A stretch of DNA of 64,000 nucleotides from Patescibacteria group bacterium (GCA_035510735.1 DATKGN010000013.1:596-64595); one strand, 5' to 3'. Positions 47,601 to 57,967 are shown, counted from the first letter of the stretch. Made by a program: numbers and translations. The notes: generated by a model not told the origin, from the letters alone.

Positions 47601-48693
47601 AAGTAGTTTTTAATAATCGCAAACTCTCCCCTATTGCCGATTGCCACGTCAGACTTCTCACCCATGAGACACATTCTTTTTGCATGCGTTCATATCTCTT
47701 TGAATCTTTTTCCAATACCAAGGCTTCACGTGCCATCTCGAGAGGGGAATTGTATGACAATACAATGCCGGTTTTGCCGTTTTTAACAACGTCCACTAAC
47801 CCTGAGATATTATAGACAATCGACGGAGTCCATTGGCTGGCCGCCTCAAGCACAACCAATCCCCACCCCTCTTTGACGGAACCATGAAGTAAAAGATGCG
47901 CACGTCCCATGAAGTCAAGTTTTTCTTTCTCCGAAACCTTACCTATGAACTTTACCCGCGAATCTATATGGTATTCAGTAAGCATATCCTTGAGTTTTGT
48001 CAGATATTCTTCATCTCCGCCGCCTACAATCCAAAGCTGTGCACCCTCGTTCTCTTTTGCAATGAAAGAAAATGCTTTAATAACCTCCTCTATCCCCTTC
48101 ATCTTGACAACACGGCTCACGAATATGCAGGTAAACCGCTTATCTTTCTTTGGCATTGTTGCGGCAATACTGTTTGTTATCGGACAGGGTATGGCCGTAC
48201 AATGGCTCCTTGGAATACCAAATGATACCAGATCATCAACGGATGATGGTGCATCGGTCCAAAACGGAACCCGCCGGTATATATATAAATATGCCCGCTC
48301 CAAAAGTTTTCCAATCATATTAAATGGAAAACCCACCATGTAATCCCAAATTTCATCGGCTACTTCATGAATAAACGTAACAATCGGTTTTCTGACATAT
48401 AAAGGGGTAAAAAAAGGGATGCCGTGAATCTCATCAACGATAATATCGAATTCATCTTTGTGTGCCAGATAATAAAACGGCGCAGCCAAATATACGCGCA
48501 GAGACCCGGCAGCCCGAACAATCTTTACACCATCAATAATCTCCTCAGAGCGGGCCCCAGCATAGCTTGCCGTAAACCAGGTGACGCTGTGTCCCGCATG
48601 CACCCAACCCTTGGCATGTTCAAGCGTCACTATCTCAGCGCCGCCAGCTTTGGGATGTTTTGTGTCACGCCAATTAAAAAGTAAAATTCTCAT
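47581..48693 (-). CDS. glycosyltransferase, GT-B fold (GT4 family)
   Basis: The N-terminus is MRILLFNWRDTKHPKAGGAEIVTLEHAKGW. The C-domain reads KFIGKVSEKEKLDFMGRAHLLLHGSVKEGWGLVVLEAAS. Confidence 0.75.
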   Translation of the reverse strand: MRILLFNWRDTKHPKAGGAEIVTLEHAKGWVHAGHSVTWFTASYAGARSEEIIDGVKIVRAAGSLRVYLAAPFYYLAHKDEFDIIVDEIHGIPFFTPLYVRKPIVTFIHEVADEIWDYMVGFPFNMIGKLLERAYLYIYRRVPFWTDAPSSVDDLVSFGIPRSHCTAIPCPITNSIAATMPKKDKRFTCIFVSRVVKMKGIEEVIKAFSFIAKENEGAQLWIVGGGDEEYLTKLKDMLTEYHIDSRVKFIGKVSEKEKLDFMGRAHLLLHGSVKEGWGLVVLEAASQWTPSIVYNISGLVDVVKNGKTGIVLSYNSPLEMAREALVLEKDSKRYERMQKECVSWVRSLTWQSAIGESLRLLKTTYDSKTD

Positions 48694-48699
48694 CTTACA

Positions 48700-49506
48700 T
48701 TACCCAATATTAATTCTGAAGTTTAAATCGGGATCAAAACGCCATTTTCGCTTGCTCGCGTCATCATAATAATGAAGTATGTGTAACCGGTAAAAAACTG
48801 CGAGTGTATCTTTAATCATATTAAAAATAACGCGCCAAAAATTTCCTGATTTTATGCTACTTTTAACTCCTTCGAAATCAAGCTCAATAGGTGCTTCAAG
48901 AATCTTTGTATACCCAAGCCTATGGGCGACAGCCAATATTTCTATATCAAAGGCAAACTGTTTCACTAATAACCGAGGCAGCACATCGGACAGCACTCGA
49001 CGCCGATATAATTTCATTCCAACCTGCGTATCCCGGACGTTTACATTGAATAGTATACGAATAAGCATTTGATACCCCCAGGAAAAAATACGTCGTGCAA
49101 TCGGGTATGAAGTTTTCGATAACGGGTGACGCTTACTTCCAATCACGATGTCTGCATTATTCCAGACAAGCGTATCCAGCATAAGTGGCAACGATTCGGG
49201 CTTCAAATCACCCCCCGCATCAATAAATCCCACGACATCACCGCTTGACTGGGCCATACCATATCGAACCGCGTATCCCTTACCCTTATTAACAGCGTAA
49301 CCAACTACGATTATGCCTTTCTTTTTTACGGATTGGGCAGCCTTCAGACTTCCGTCAACCTCACCATCAATAACAATAATAAGTTCAAATGGGACATTCA
49401 TTGTTTCAAGTACCTCATAGATCGACCGGATATCACGGGCGACAGTATGCTCCTGACGGTACGCGGGCATGATGACGGAAAATAACTTAACTTTTTCGTC
49501 TGACAT
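48700..49506 (-). CDS. GT2 polyprenyl-phosphate sugar synthase-like (Dpm1/GtrB-like)
   Basis: The product is a short 268-aa soluble GT2. Motifs include FSVIMPAYRQEHTV...ELIIVIDGEVDGS and a DxD-like GFIDAGGD. It is adjacent to a flippase. Confidence 0.7.
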   Translation of the reverse strand: MSDEKVKLFSVIMPAYRQEHTVARDIRSIYEVLETMNVPFELIIVIDGEVDGSLKAAQSVKKKGIIVVGYAVNKGKGYAVRYGMAQSSGDVVGFIDAGGDLKPESLPLMLDTLVWNNADIVIGSKRHPLSKTSYPIARRIFSWGYQMLIRILFNVNVRDTQVGMKLYRRRVLSDVLPRLLVKQFAFDIEILAVAHRLGYTKILEAPIELDFEGVKSSIKSGNFWRVIFNMIKDTLAVFYRLHILHYYDDASKRKWRFDPDLNFRINIG

Positions 49507-50746
49507 AGGGGTAGTATATCAAAAGTACTAAAAATAGAATCCCGACAATGAGCGTATTATTCCAGATAATCGTATGAAGACTAGAGTGAAAAATATTCAT
49601 CGTGAGAGTTTGAGCTGCCGCTGCCAATACTGCAAATATCCATACCAGTGTTTCCCCTAGCGCGAGATACATTGTCACAAAGAGATTTGCAAGTGTGTAA
49701 AACGATATAAATAATCCGAACGATCCTAAATAGACGCTCGCCGATAAAAACGCCTTACCAAATAGCAAATTAACGACCAACGAAGGGAAAAGATAATAAC
49801 CGAGCGTTAAACCGAATGACATGATTCCAACGCCGACCAGAGACAAAAAAACGATACTCGTAAATTCTTTACCAAGTTCTTTGCGTTCCGCCAATAAGGG
49901 GAATGATACGAGACCAACCGAAGAAGAAGCAAAAAAAATAATTTTTCCTAAGACAGACAGGGATGAATATATTCCTGCTAACTCCGGAGGGAAAAAATGC
50001 TTGACCAGCACGACATCCTGACTATAAAGCGCAGTCATGCAGAATATTGCAATAAATGTCGGTACGCTATACACAATTGCCGATTTCGCGGACATACTGA
50101 TCTTTTTCGGTTTATTCGATAATATTGACCGAAGCGGGATGAGGGTTAATAGGTATCCGAATACATTGGCGATAATTCCTAAAAATAACGTCCATCCGAC
50201 GCTGATTGTGGCGCCAATAACCCCAACGATCAAGCGTAAAGCTCCTCCGATGTTCTGAAGGGCGGCAATGGCAATAAATTTCTGAAATCCCTGCAGCATG
50301 CTTATTGCAATGATCGAAAAAAGATAGGTCGCAAACATGAGATACAACCATATAAGGTAGACTGGTTGCCTGATATTAAGATACGAAGCAAAAAATTTTG
50401 TAAACGGCACCAATAGGATAAAAGCGATAATGCCGAATACCACAATACCTTTGGAGATCGATATAAATAACTGCTTTGCTTCACCTAACTCGTTCTTTGC
50501 CTTTAATTGAGAGAAAAACTTTACCATAATGTTCTGCAAAATCGTCGAAGGCGCGTTCAAAATGTAATAGATGGAAATGAGTGCCGCGAGCTCGCCGTAT
50601 CTTGCAGGCCCAAGCATCCTGCCGACGATGAGATGGTAAAGATACGCTAGGAAATTTGCGAACATCGTGCCGCCAAAAACGATAGCACTGTTTTTGACCA
50701 TAGGATGTGAAGCATATCGCGAGACGCGTGTAACAATTCGTTTCAT
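49487..50746 (-). CDS. wzx: Wzx-type oligosaccharide flippase (MOP/PST superfamily polysaccharide biosynthesis protein)
   Basis: The product is 419 aa with about 12 TM. The N-terminus reads VKNSAIVFGGTMFANFLAYLYHLIVGRMLGPARYGELAALISI, typical of PST-family flippases. Confidence 0.7.
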   Translation of the reverse strand: MKRIVTRVSRYASHPMVKNSAIVFGGTMFANFLAYLYHLIVGRMLGPARYGELAALISIYYILNAPSTILQNIMVKFFSQLKAKNELGEAKQLFISISKGIVVFGIIAFILLVPFTKFFASYLNIRQPVYLIWLYLMFATYLFSIIAISMLQGFQKFIAIAALQNIGGALRLIVGVIGATISVGWTLFLGIIANVFGYLLTLIPLRSILSNKPKKISMSAKSAIVYSVPTFIAIFCMTALYSQDVVLVKHFFPPELAGIYSSLSVLGKIIFFASSSVGLVSFPLLAERKELGKEFTSIVFLSLVGVGIMSFGLTLGYYLFPSLVVNLLFGKAFLSASVYLGSFGLFISFYTLANLFVTMYLALGETLVWIFAVLAAAAQTLTMNIFHSSLHTIIWNNTLIVGILFLVLLIYYPYVRRKS

Positions 50747-50747
50747 A

Positions 50748-51446
50748 TTACTGGAAAAAGCGATACCGCAATAACGTTATAACTGCCATAATACCATCTC
50801 TCCACGTAAGCTTTTTCCCCTCGGAGAACATGCGACCGTAATAAGATATCGGAACCTCGTAAATCTGGCACCCTGCTTTGAGCGCTTTTGCCGTAAACTC
50901 GGGTTCAAAATCAAAACGATGCGCAGTGATAACGATTCGATTAAGAACATTACGCCTGAAAACCTTATAGCCCGTCTCCATATCCGTAATATTGGTATTA
51001 TAAAGAATATTCGTTATGAACGTGACGAATTTATTACCTAACTCATACACAAACATTGTCGATAAATGCGCTCCGAGGAAGCGGGAGCCGTATACCACTT
51101 CAACCCGATCATTTTCAAACGGAGTTAAAAGTGCCTGATAATCCGCAGGGCTGTACTCCAAATCTGAGTCCTGTATAAGAATAATATCTCCCGTAGCCCG
51201 TTTAAATCCGGCCGTGAGCGCCGTCCCTTTCCCGCCGTTTTTAGGCTTATATAATACGATAACGCGACGTTCCCAGGCTTTAAGCCTCTCGCTTGTTCCA
51301 TCAACCGAGCCGTCATCTACAATGATGACCTCTTTTTTCCAACCTGGAAGCTTTTGATCATACACGCTAGTGAGAAGTGTATCGACAAATGAAACTTCAT
51401 TATAAACCGGAATAATAATGGATAATTTCTTCATGCGACGAACCAT
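50748..51446 (-). CDS. GT2 polyprenyl-phosphate sugar synthase (Dpm1/GtrB-like)
   Basis: Motifs include LSIIIPVYNEVSFVDTLL, VIIVDDGSVDGT, GKGTALTAGFKRATGDIILIQDSDLEY (DxD) and YKVFRRNVLN. The 232-aa length is classic for Dpm1-type enzymes. Confidence 0.8.
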   Translation of the reverse strand: MVRRMKKLSIIIPVYNEVSFVDTLLTSVYDQKLPGWKKEVIIVDDGSVDGTSERLKAWERRVIVLYKPKNGGKGTALTAGFKRATGDIILIQDSDLEYSPADYQALLTPFENDRVEVVYGSRFLGAHLSTMFVYELGNKFVTFITNILYNTNITDMETGYKVFRRNVLNRIVITAHRFDFEPEFTAKALKAGCQIYEVPISYYGRMFSEGKKLTWRDGIMAVITLLRYRFFQ

Positions 51447-52549
51447 CCCCGCAAGTATAGCATCGTTCCTGCAATTTGGAGAAGTGAAAAAATGATGATA
51501 AGCGTAATTTTAATTGATTTGTGAGGGATTTTGCCTAAAATAATAAAAAGCGGAAATATCACGAGAATATAACGTGGTATGGAGGAAAATGTCCCAGTTA
51601 ATGTCGGAAGCGTAAGCACAACAAAAGCGTAAACAATATATGATAGCTCTTCGCGAATACGCCATCCATAATAAAGAAGAATATAAGCCGTCATTGTAAA
51701 GACGAATTCTGCGATAGAAATACTATACGATTCTAATGTCGGTTGCCCTACGGCACTGAATATAATCTTAAAGTAGCGCCAGATTACCTGCGGCAACAGA
51801 ATGATTTCATTGCCGCTTCTATTGGCACCGAATTCGGATTGAACATGAAAAAACCGCAGAGGATCACCGGTTGTATGATATAAATAGGCCATATATAAGA
51901 CAAGACCGAGCGGGACACATAAAAATCCCACGATATCGGAAACTTTGATCTTTCTTTGCTTCATCTGAATATACTCCCATAGGACCGGGATAAGAAGAAA
52001 CACCCCGACAAGTCGGGCTGCACCGGCAAGTCCCCCGAAGAAACCGGCAAGTAAAAAATTCTTCTTTTTTGCTAATACCACGGTCGAGATAGCAAGAAGG
52101 AAAAAAAGGCCCTCTGTATAAACGGAGGTAAAAAAGAATGCTGTCGGAAAAGTGAATAAGAAAAGAATAGCCCATTTCGCAATATTCTCTGACTGCTCCT
52201 TTAGCAAATCGTATAATAAAGCCGCTCCGACGAAAAAACTGATTATTGAAATCGCTATTCCGGCATTTTCATAAGAAAGACGAACAAAATTGTGAAGATA
52301 TCGGATAGCAAACGGATAGAGTGGGAAAAATGCTTCACTATACAAAAAATGCTCTCCTTGAGCTATCTGAATATAGTGGATGCCGTCCATATTTGACCAG
52401 GGGGTTAAGCCCAAATAACCAATCCTAATTGGTACGATAAAGGAAGCCCCTAATGAAACTACAAAAAGAACGAGGCGCCAAACTAAAAACGTGATAAGAA
52501 CAAATTTATGATCCAGTAACCACTTTTTCATACGCTGCAACGGTCTCAT
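51431..52549 (-). CDS. GT-C fold membrane glycosyltransferase, tentatively PIG-V/GT76-like mannosyltransferase
   Basis: The product is about 370 aa with about 9 TM. The first loop has TPWSNMDGIHYIQIAQ (a WxxDGxHY-like motif). The start was set to the internal ATG at 52549 to avoid a 150-nt overlap with the upstream GT4. The track ORF extends to 52657. It lies directly downstream of a Dpm1-like synthase. Confidence 0.45.
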   Translation of the reverse strand: MRPLQRMKKWLLDHKFVLITFLVWRLVLFVVSLGASFIVPIRIGYLGLTPWSNMDGIHYIQIAQGEHFLYSEAFFPLYPFAIRYLHNFVRLSYENAGIAISIISFFVGAALLYDLLKEQSENIAKWAILFLFTFPTAFFFTSVYTEGLFFLLAISTVVLAKKKNFLLAGFFGGLAGAARLVGVFLLIPVLWEYIQMKQRKIKVSDIVGFLCVPLGLVLYMAYLYHTTGDPLRFFHVQSEFGANRSGNEIILLPQVIWRYFKIIFSAVGQPTLESYSISIAEFVFTMTAYILLYYGWRIREELSYIVYAFVVLTLPTLTGTFSSIPRYILVIFPLFIILGKIPHKSIKITLIIIFSLLQIAGTMLYLRGWFVA

Positions 52550-53567
52550 GAACTGTTTTTTTCCATGAGAATGACTTCGCCCATTCCAACCCGTCCAGGA
52601 TAGTCCGTTTCCGCTTGTTTTCAGGCAATGAGAGCGCAAAACCGATGCCGCGCGCAATATCTTCCGTATTCATATCGTCAACAGCTATCGACGGACCCGC
52701 TATTTCGCGTAAACTTGAGTTTGAGGCCGCGACAACAGGACATGAACACATCATCGCCTCAAGAATCGGCAACCCGAACCCTTCATAATGGGACGGTTGA
52801 ATCAAGCAACGCGCTAAACTGTATATCACGGTCAGATCTTCATCGGGTACATAGCCGGGTCTTATCAGAGAATCCCTAAAATGCAATTGTTCAATAACTG
52901 AATTTATTTCACGAGTCTCTCGTAACGATTCGTTAAGAAACGATTTTCCGATAAGAACAAGCGGTACGGAATGAAACTCAGGAGTTTCATGTATCCGGGA
53001 AAATGCTTCCAATAATCCTATGATATTCTTATTCCAATTAACATCCCCTACGTAGACGATAAATTGTTTGGGTAGGTGGTATTTTTGCTGTACGAATCTA
53101 AATAGCTGAACATCGGTAGTCGTATGAAATGACGGTGAAGGTGCCAGATAAACTGCATCAACATCTTTCGGATTTAAGCCTACAATTCGGCAAATATCTC
53201 GTTTTGACGTCTTTGAATCCGTAATAACACGATTCGTGTTTTTCAGGGCCTGCTTTTGAATAGACCATTTAATATTTCCCCTTATTCCGGACGGAAACTT
53301 ATCCGGAAAAACAAGCGGAATAACATCGTGTACTGTCACAACTGTCGGTTTGGAATGTATGAGAGGTAACGTTAAAAAAAATGGATCAAAATAAGGATAG
53401 TGGACTATATCCGCATTTTCGGATACTTTTTGTCCTCGAGTAAAAAAACTATACGAATTATTCCTTTCATACTTCTGCAACGCCTCAATGAGCAATTTAG
53501 TGTATACGCCAACTCCTCTTCCCCCGTGTCCAGATTCGAGACTAGTGATATTTATCGCAATATTCAT
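52506..53567 (-). CDS. glycosyltransferase, GT-B fold (GT4 family)
   Basis: The start was set to the internal ATG at 53567 (MNIAINITSLESGHGGRGVGVYTKLL), giving an ATGA overlap with the upstream gene. The C-terminal motif is YEGFGLPILEAMMCSCPVVAASNSS. Confidence 0.8.
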   Translation of the reverse strand: MNIAINITSLESGHGGRGVGVYTKLLIEALQKYERNNSYSFFTRGQKVSENADIVHYPYFDPFFLTLPLIHSKPTVVTVHDVIPLVFPDKFPSGIRGNIKWSIQKQALKNTNRVITDSKTSKRDICRIVGLNPKDVDAVYLAPSPSFHTTTDVQLFRFVQQKYHLPKQFIVYVGDVNWNKNIIGLLEAFSRIHETPEFHSVPLVLIGKSFLNESLRETREINSVIEQLHFRDSLIRPGYVPDEDLTVIYSLARCLIQPSHYEGFGLPILEAMMCSCPVVAASNSSLREIAGPSIAVDDMNTEDIARGIGFALSLPENKRKRTILDGLEWAKSFSWKKTVHETVAAYEKVVTGS

Positions 53568-55192
53568 AGTGTTCTCTTTCTTATATATTGAAGTATACCC
53601 CATCCTACTATGCTTACCAATGAAATAACTGAAATTCCGTCCGCGAATTTTCTCATGGGTGTTTCAGTCATATCCGCCTGAATACTGTGGACTCCCGCAT
53701 CAACATAGAAATCTAATGTACCCGCCGAGATATAATGAATAGGAACTGATTTTCCATCGACTTTAACTTCCCAGCCGGGAAAATACAAGAGGTTAATCCG
53801 TAATGATTCCGGAAAAGAAGTTGTAACGTTATAGAGTTTGTTAAGATATTTATCGTTTACCGTTTCGTAGGGCACCGAACGGCCATCCGTATCCGTAAGC
53901 ATTGAACTCGGTCGTATCTGCTTCCAGGATGTCCAAATAGTAGACAGACTATTTCCCATTGACGACGTTCCGTTTGTGAAGTTTTGGCGGGATAAATAAT
54001 ATTGATCATTGCGCGGTGCATATATTGCCCCCCGTGTATACGAAAACGAGCTGACAATGGATAAGACGACAAAAATTACGGTAATCCAGCGCTGTTTTAT
54101 AACCGAACTGACACAGGCAATAACAAAGGCGCTCATCGGTATGAGATACGCTAAGAATCTCCATGGATATTGGGTATATTGGAGAATCGGTAAAGCGTTC
54201 CAGACCGGTGTAGAGACTGGGAGCGTCATACCGATGGCCAACGCCATAACTGCCAGAATCCCAAACAATTCGAGTTTTAACTTTTTTTTGATTGAAATGA
54301 ATATTGCAGTGATGAACGCTATTACTATCCAAAACATTGGACCAATGCCTATCTGGAGGGACATAGCGTTAGCGGATACGCCAGTTCCGGAGAAGTCGGT
54401 GCCCCACGAAGGAATGAGGAGTTGTACTACACTTGCAAAATGATCACGGAAATTAACAGTGTTTAATCCAACCATATATTTCGATTCCGCGAGCGCCGGC
54501 AGCCAAAACCAACCCGCAAGCCCCATACCGCCGATGAAAGCAATCAGCCACTTCCAATTCCGTCGCCATAATACGTACACGATAAGAAATGGAAAAAATA
54601 GCATTGCTAATATATTGTGGCTTAAAATAAGAAGACTAATGGTTATAGTAAATGGTAGGGGCCAATCTTCCTCTATCACGAAAAGTGAAGCAAATACCCA
54701 GGCAATTGCCCATACTTCTCCGATTTCGCCGCGGACATACAACTCAACAAACCAATATGGCACGAATGAAGACGCTATCGTGCCAACAACGGCGGGATAT
54801 AATCCAAAGCGCTTACGAAGCCACAAAAAACAAAATAATCCGGCGGCAAGATAGCCTAATGCGGATCCGATTTTAAACGCATCGACAAATCCGATGGCAA
54901 ACAGGTGCAAAAATGCTGCCAGATAATTTGCAAATGGATACAAAAACTCAAAAACCGGTATCCCGTATCCGCTGTTTAACGTCGGAGCCCACCTTGGAAA
55001 TAAATATCCTTCCCGAAGCATTCGGTTAAACTCTACAAAACGGATAAAATGGAACTCACCATCATGTGTCGGGATAAAACTTCGACCGAAAAACGGCACT
55101 ACCGCAGAAAGTACGACTAGGAATGTCACGAGAACACCAATTACGTTTTTTTTCCGTTCCATAGTGAATTTCTTTTCATTCTCAAGGACCAC
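53564..55192 (-). CDS. polytopic membrane protein, family B (paralog 1 of 2); candidate GT-C-like transferase
   Basis: The product is 542 aa. The conserved N-terminal loop motif is PTHDGEFHFIRFVEFNRMLREGYLFPRWAPTLNSGYGIPVFEFLYP. There are about 12 TM plus a C-terminal extracytoplasmic domain and a terminal anchor. Confidence 0.5.
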   Translation of the reverse strand: MVLENEKKFTMERKKNVIGVLVTFLVVLSAVVPFFGRSFIPTHDGEFHFIRFVEFNRMLREGYLFPRWAPTLNSGYGIPVFEFLYPFANYLAAFLHLFAIGFVDAFKIGSALGYLAAGLFCFLWLRKRFGLYPAVVGTIASSFVPYWFVELYVRGEIGEVWAIAWVFASLFVIEEDWPLPFTITISLLILSHNILAMLFFPFLIVYVLWRRNWKWLIAFIGGMGLAGWFWLPALAESKYMVGLNTVNFRDHFASVVQLLIPSWGTDFSGTGVSANAMSLQIGIGPMFWIVIAFITAIFISIKKKLKLELFGILAVMALAIGMTLPVSTPVWNALPILQYTQYPWRFLAYLIPMSAFVIACVSSVIKQRWITVIFVVLSIVSSFSYTRGAIYAPRNDQYYLSRQNFTNGTSSMGNSLSTIWTSWKQIRPSSMLTDTDGRSVPYETVNDKYLNKLYNVTTSFPESLRINLLYFPGWEVKVDGKSVPIHYISAGTLDFYVDAGVHSIQADMTETPMRKFADGISVISLVSIVGWGILQYIRKRTL

Positions 55193-56295
55193 ACAACATA
55201 TAAACCTACGGGCACAACCGTTAATAAGGTTCTAAGCGTCGGTCCTGGACCCGCATAATACCCCATAAACATGTATGGAAGATTTCTAAGCTCTAATCCA
55301 ATCGAAAACGCAATAGTTAACCCCTGCTCAAACCATGCGATGTCACTAGGCATAACAACTGCAAAAAGGAAGAACCATACGGCGTACCATGGATAAAGCT
55401 CCTCCCGTAGGGGTGTAAATATAATAAAAACTGCAAATAACAGCCAAAATGACATTCTGTACAATTTATTACCTTTCAATTTGAGTAAAAGAGGCACGAT
55501 GAGGACAGCGGTCGCCCCTTTTACCAATATGGAAAGAGCCAATGCTTTCCAACCTATTAACTTATCTACAACCGACGATTTTTGAAGCAAATGAAGACCT
55601 AGGAGCGCAAGAACCATCATGACGATATCATTGTGACCGGATACAACAATTTCAATAAGAATTAAGGGGTTTAGACCGAAAAGAATGACTGCCTGCCACT
55701 GATGCGTCACTTTATAGATAAGATATAATCCTCCGATCAGCCATAGCGTTACAAATAGTTTAAAAGATATCATCGTAAGCCACACATTTCCGAATCCTAA
55801 TACATGCGGAATACCCGACAGAAGAAGCCATGTAGGACCGTAGAGCGCTACTTTGTTTGCCGCCCTTGTAAATGCCAGACTTGCTTCATTTGGGATTTCA
55901 ATAGGCATGACGATGTACGGATTTTCATGATGAGTAAAAAGCATTTTCGCCGTCGTCATGTAGTTGAATATGTCATAAGAAACCAACGAATAGGCAAAAA
56001 CTAGAATACCGTATGTCACTGCGACAGTAAGGATAATATCCCTCCCTCGGAGCTCACGACGCTTCGTCATGCGGTATGCCCACGCATACAGCACGAAAAA
56101 GATAACAAGGAATACTAAATAAATTCCGGTTACAAGCGGTCGCTCATTAAAAGCAAGCGCTGACAACCAACCGTGCAGACCGAGATAGAGAGGATTGTTT
56201 GACAATACAAGATTCTTATCAACGAAACCATAGGAAAAAATAACAAATAAAACAGTACTCACAACATAGCTCGCAAGAAGTAATAGTTTTTTCAT
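55141..56295 (-). CDS. polytopic membrane protein (about 10 TM), hypothetical
   Basis: The 384-aa product is uniformly hydrophobic with no soluble domain. It sits among GT-C candidates. Confidence 0.45.
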   Translation of the reverse strand: MKKLLLLASYVVSTVLFVIFSYGFVDKNLVLSNNPLYLGLHGWLSALAFNERPLVTGIYLVFLVIFFVLYAWAYRMTKRRELRGRDIILTVAVTYGILVFAYSLVSYDIFNYMTTAKMLFTHHENPYIVMPIEIPNEASLAFTRAANKVALYGPTWLLLSGIPHVLGFGNVWLTMISFKLFVTLWLIGGLYLIYKVTHQWQAVILFGLNPLILIEIVVSGHNDIVMMVLALLGLHLLQKSSVVDKLIGWKALALSILVKGATAVLIVPLLLKLKGNKLYRMSFWLLFAVFIIFTPLREELYPWYAVWFFLFAVVMPSDIAWFEQGLTIAFSIGLELRNLPYMFMGYYAGPGPTLRTLLTVVPVGLYVVWSLRMKRNSLWNGKKT

Positions 56296-56822
56296 TGGAT
56301 TGATAAAGCCGTTGATAGTTCGTTATGAATATATAATCGCGTCGCACTCGCACGCTCCGGCTGCCATAGAAATTCATTGGGTGTCGTTTGAAGAAGTGTT
56401 GTTATTACAGTTTTATGTGCGATTGACGCTTCCTGTATTTCACTTCGAAACTGTGTCATATCATCCCCGCTTTGTTCAGCCGTAAGAACATTCGGCATGA
56501 TCGCGGCAAACTGGTCACTTGATCTATGAAGCGCATCGATTGCAAGAAGATACTGATTATAGTCAAAGAGTGTTTTAGCCTCGACAAGATATTTATCAGA
56601 TAGTCCGAGATGGTATTTTACCTGTGCAATATTACCGAAGTACCAATACTTATTGAATGTATCTATAAGTCTTGAGAGACGGTATAATTTGTTCCCTGGC
56701 ATATAGGAGGGGTATGGCAACACATATGAAGCAAACACATTATTATGCAAAAAAAATGTTCCAAGAAACAACAATATAACTGCGGAAACCATTCGTACAC
56801 CTTTATTTCTTCGATTTTCCAT
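56292..56822 (-). CDS. N-terminally anchored/secreted soluble protein, hypothetical
   Basis: An N-terminal hydrophobic segment VSAVILLFLGTFFL is followed by a roughly 140-aa hydrophilic domain. It has an ATGA-type overlap with the downstream membrane protein. Confidence 0.4.
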   Translation of the reverse strand: MENRRNKGVRMVSAVILLFLGTFFLHNNVFASYVLPYPSYMPGNKLYRLSRLIDTFNKYWYFGNIAQVKYHLGLSDKYLVEAKTLFDYNQYLLAIDALHRSSDQFAAIMPNVLTAEQSGDDMTQFRSEIQEASIAHKTVITTLLQTTPNEFLWQPERASATRLYIHNELSTALSIQ

Positions 56823-56827
56823 AAAGT

Positions 56828-57967
56828 TTAAAAAAACTTTTTACACGAAGAGCAAAAAAGAAACACTCCGTATGTACTAATTATATATGCAATCGGCATG
56901 AAGAGTATCAAATACCGTGACGTCGTCTGGCCTGTAGATAAAAACGCTAAATATACCAATGCCCAAAGAATATACGGAATAATTATATCCGGTAACCGAA
57001 TTTTCCGGATGATCCACCCAATCCCCGTAATAACAACTACTGTAGTCGCAATCGGCCAAAGGATATTCCACTGCGGGTCGGAAATAATCGGTGAATTACC
57101 ATACCAAACATACCAACGATTGAGATAAATAAGCGGCCAAACAGTCAATGGTAATATTAACTGGCTTTGATGATACGCGAACACCCATTTTTGGATACCG
57201 AGGAATTCCCTGATCGAATATCCAAGGATAAACACCCTGATATAGCTCATAAGGAGTATGGCAATAGAAATCGGCAATGTGGCACATAACCAAACAAGAC
57301 GGCGGTATTTTGATGTGATAATCAGCGATATTCCCCATGCTGCTACGATGGTCATACCGGAGATAAAAAACTTTGTTGATATAAACAATCCTAAAAATAC
57401 GCTCGCACCGGCAAAAAACAATATATATCTTCGTTTTTTCATATAGCCGATACTGAATATATACAATGCCGCCAACAAAAATACGAGCTGTATGATATCA
57501 AGAAGCGGCGTATAAACAAGCTGGTTGGTGATGAGAGGATCAAATGTAACAATGACAACCGGCACAAGAGACCACGGAATTGATTTCGTCATCATGTAGG
57601 CCGACAGATAGACAAGAGACAATGACGCGATGAAAAACAACAAATTCATCGTATTTTCATTGTGGAAAATCAACGCGGATAGTCCGATGCTGTATCTGCC
57701 AAGCGGCGGTGTGTCGGGAGCGATAAGAATGGGCGGAACACCCCGCGCGTACGCTCCTCCCGCATATGCATTCACCGTTTCGTCTGGAATCCAACCTTTT
57801 GGATGTTTATTCGCGTATTGAGAATCGTTATACACACGAAGTAATCCAGGATAACGCTGCCAATAACTTGTATTTATGTATTCTGAGGCGTGTGCCGTCA
57901 ATACTTTACCAATATTCCAAACAATAACGAACACGCAGAAACAAATGAACAATTTTCGTAGGATCAT
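56828..57967 (-). CDS. polytopic membrane protein (about 9-10 TM) with an N-terminal extracytoplasmic segment, hypothetical
   Basis: The product is 379 aa. A signal/anchor is followed by a roughly 90-aa hydrophilic stretch (YINTSYWQRYPGLLRVYNDSQYANKHPKGWIPDE) and then TM helices. Confidence 0.45.
   Translation of the reverse strand: MILRKLFICFCVFVIVWNIGKVLTAHASEYINTSYWQRYPGLLRVYNDSQYANKHPKGWIPDETVNAYAGGAYARGVPPILIAPDTPPLGRYSIGLSALIFHNENTMNLLFFIASLSLVYLSAYMMTKSIPWSLVPVVIVTFDPLITNQLVYTPLLDIIQLVFLLAALYIFSIGYMKKRRYILFFAGASVFLGLFISTKFFISGMTIVAAWGISLIITSKYRRLVWLCATLPISIAILLMSYIRVFILGYSIREFLGIQKWVFAYHQSQLILPLTVWPLIYLNRWYVWYGNSPIISDPQWNILWPIATTVVVITGIGWIIRKIRLPDIIIPYILWALVYLAFLSTGQTTSRYLILFMPIAYIISTYGVFLFCSSCKKFF

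Noticed and set aside
51431-52657. Long N-terminal extension of the PIG-V-like membrane protein overlapping the upstream GT4 by about 150 nt
   Set aside because: The extension (MRAASVLRSHCLKTSGNGLSWTGWNGRSHSHGKK...) is hydrophilic and Arg/Ser-rich. It looks like read-through of the upstream gene's 3' end in another frame. The internal start at 52549 or 52531 is more plausible.
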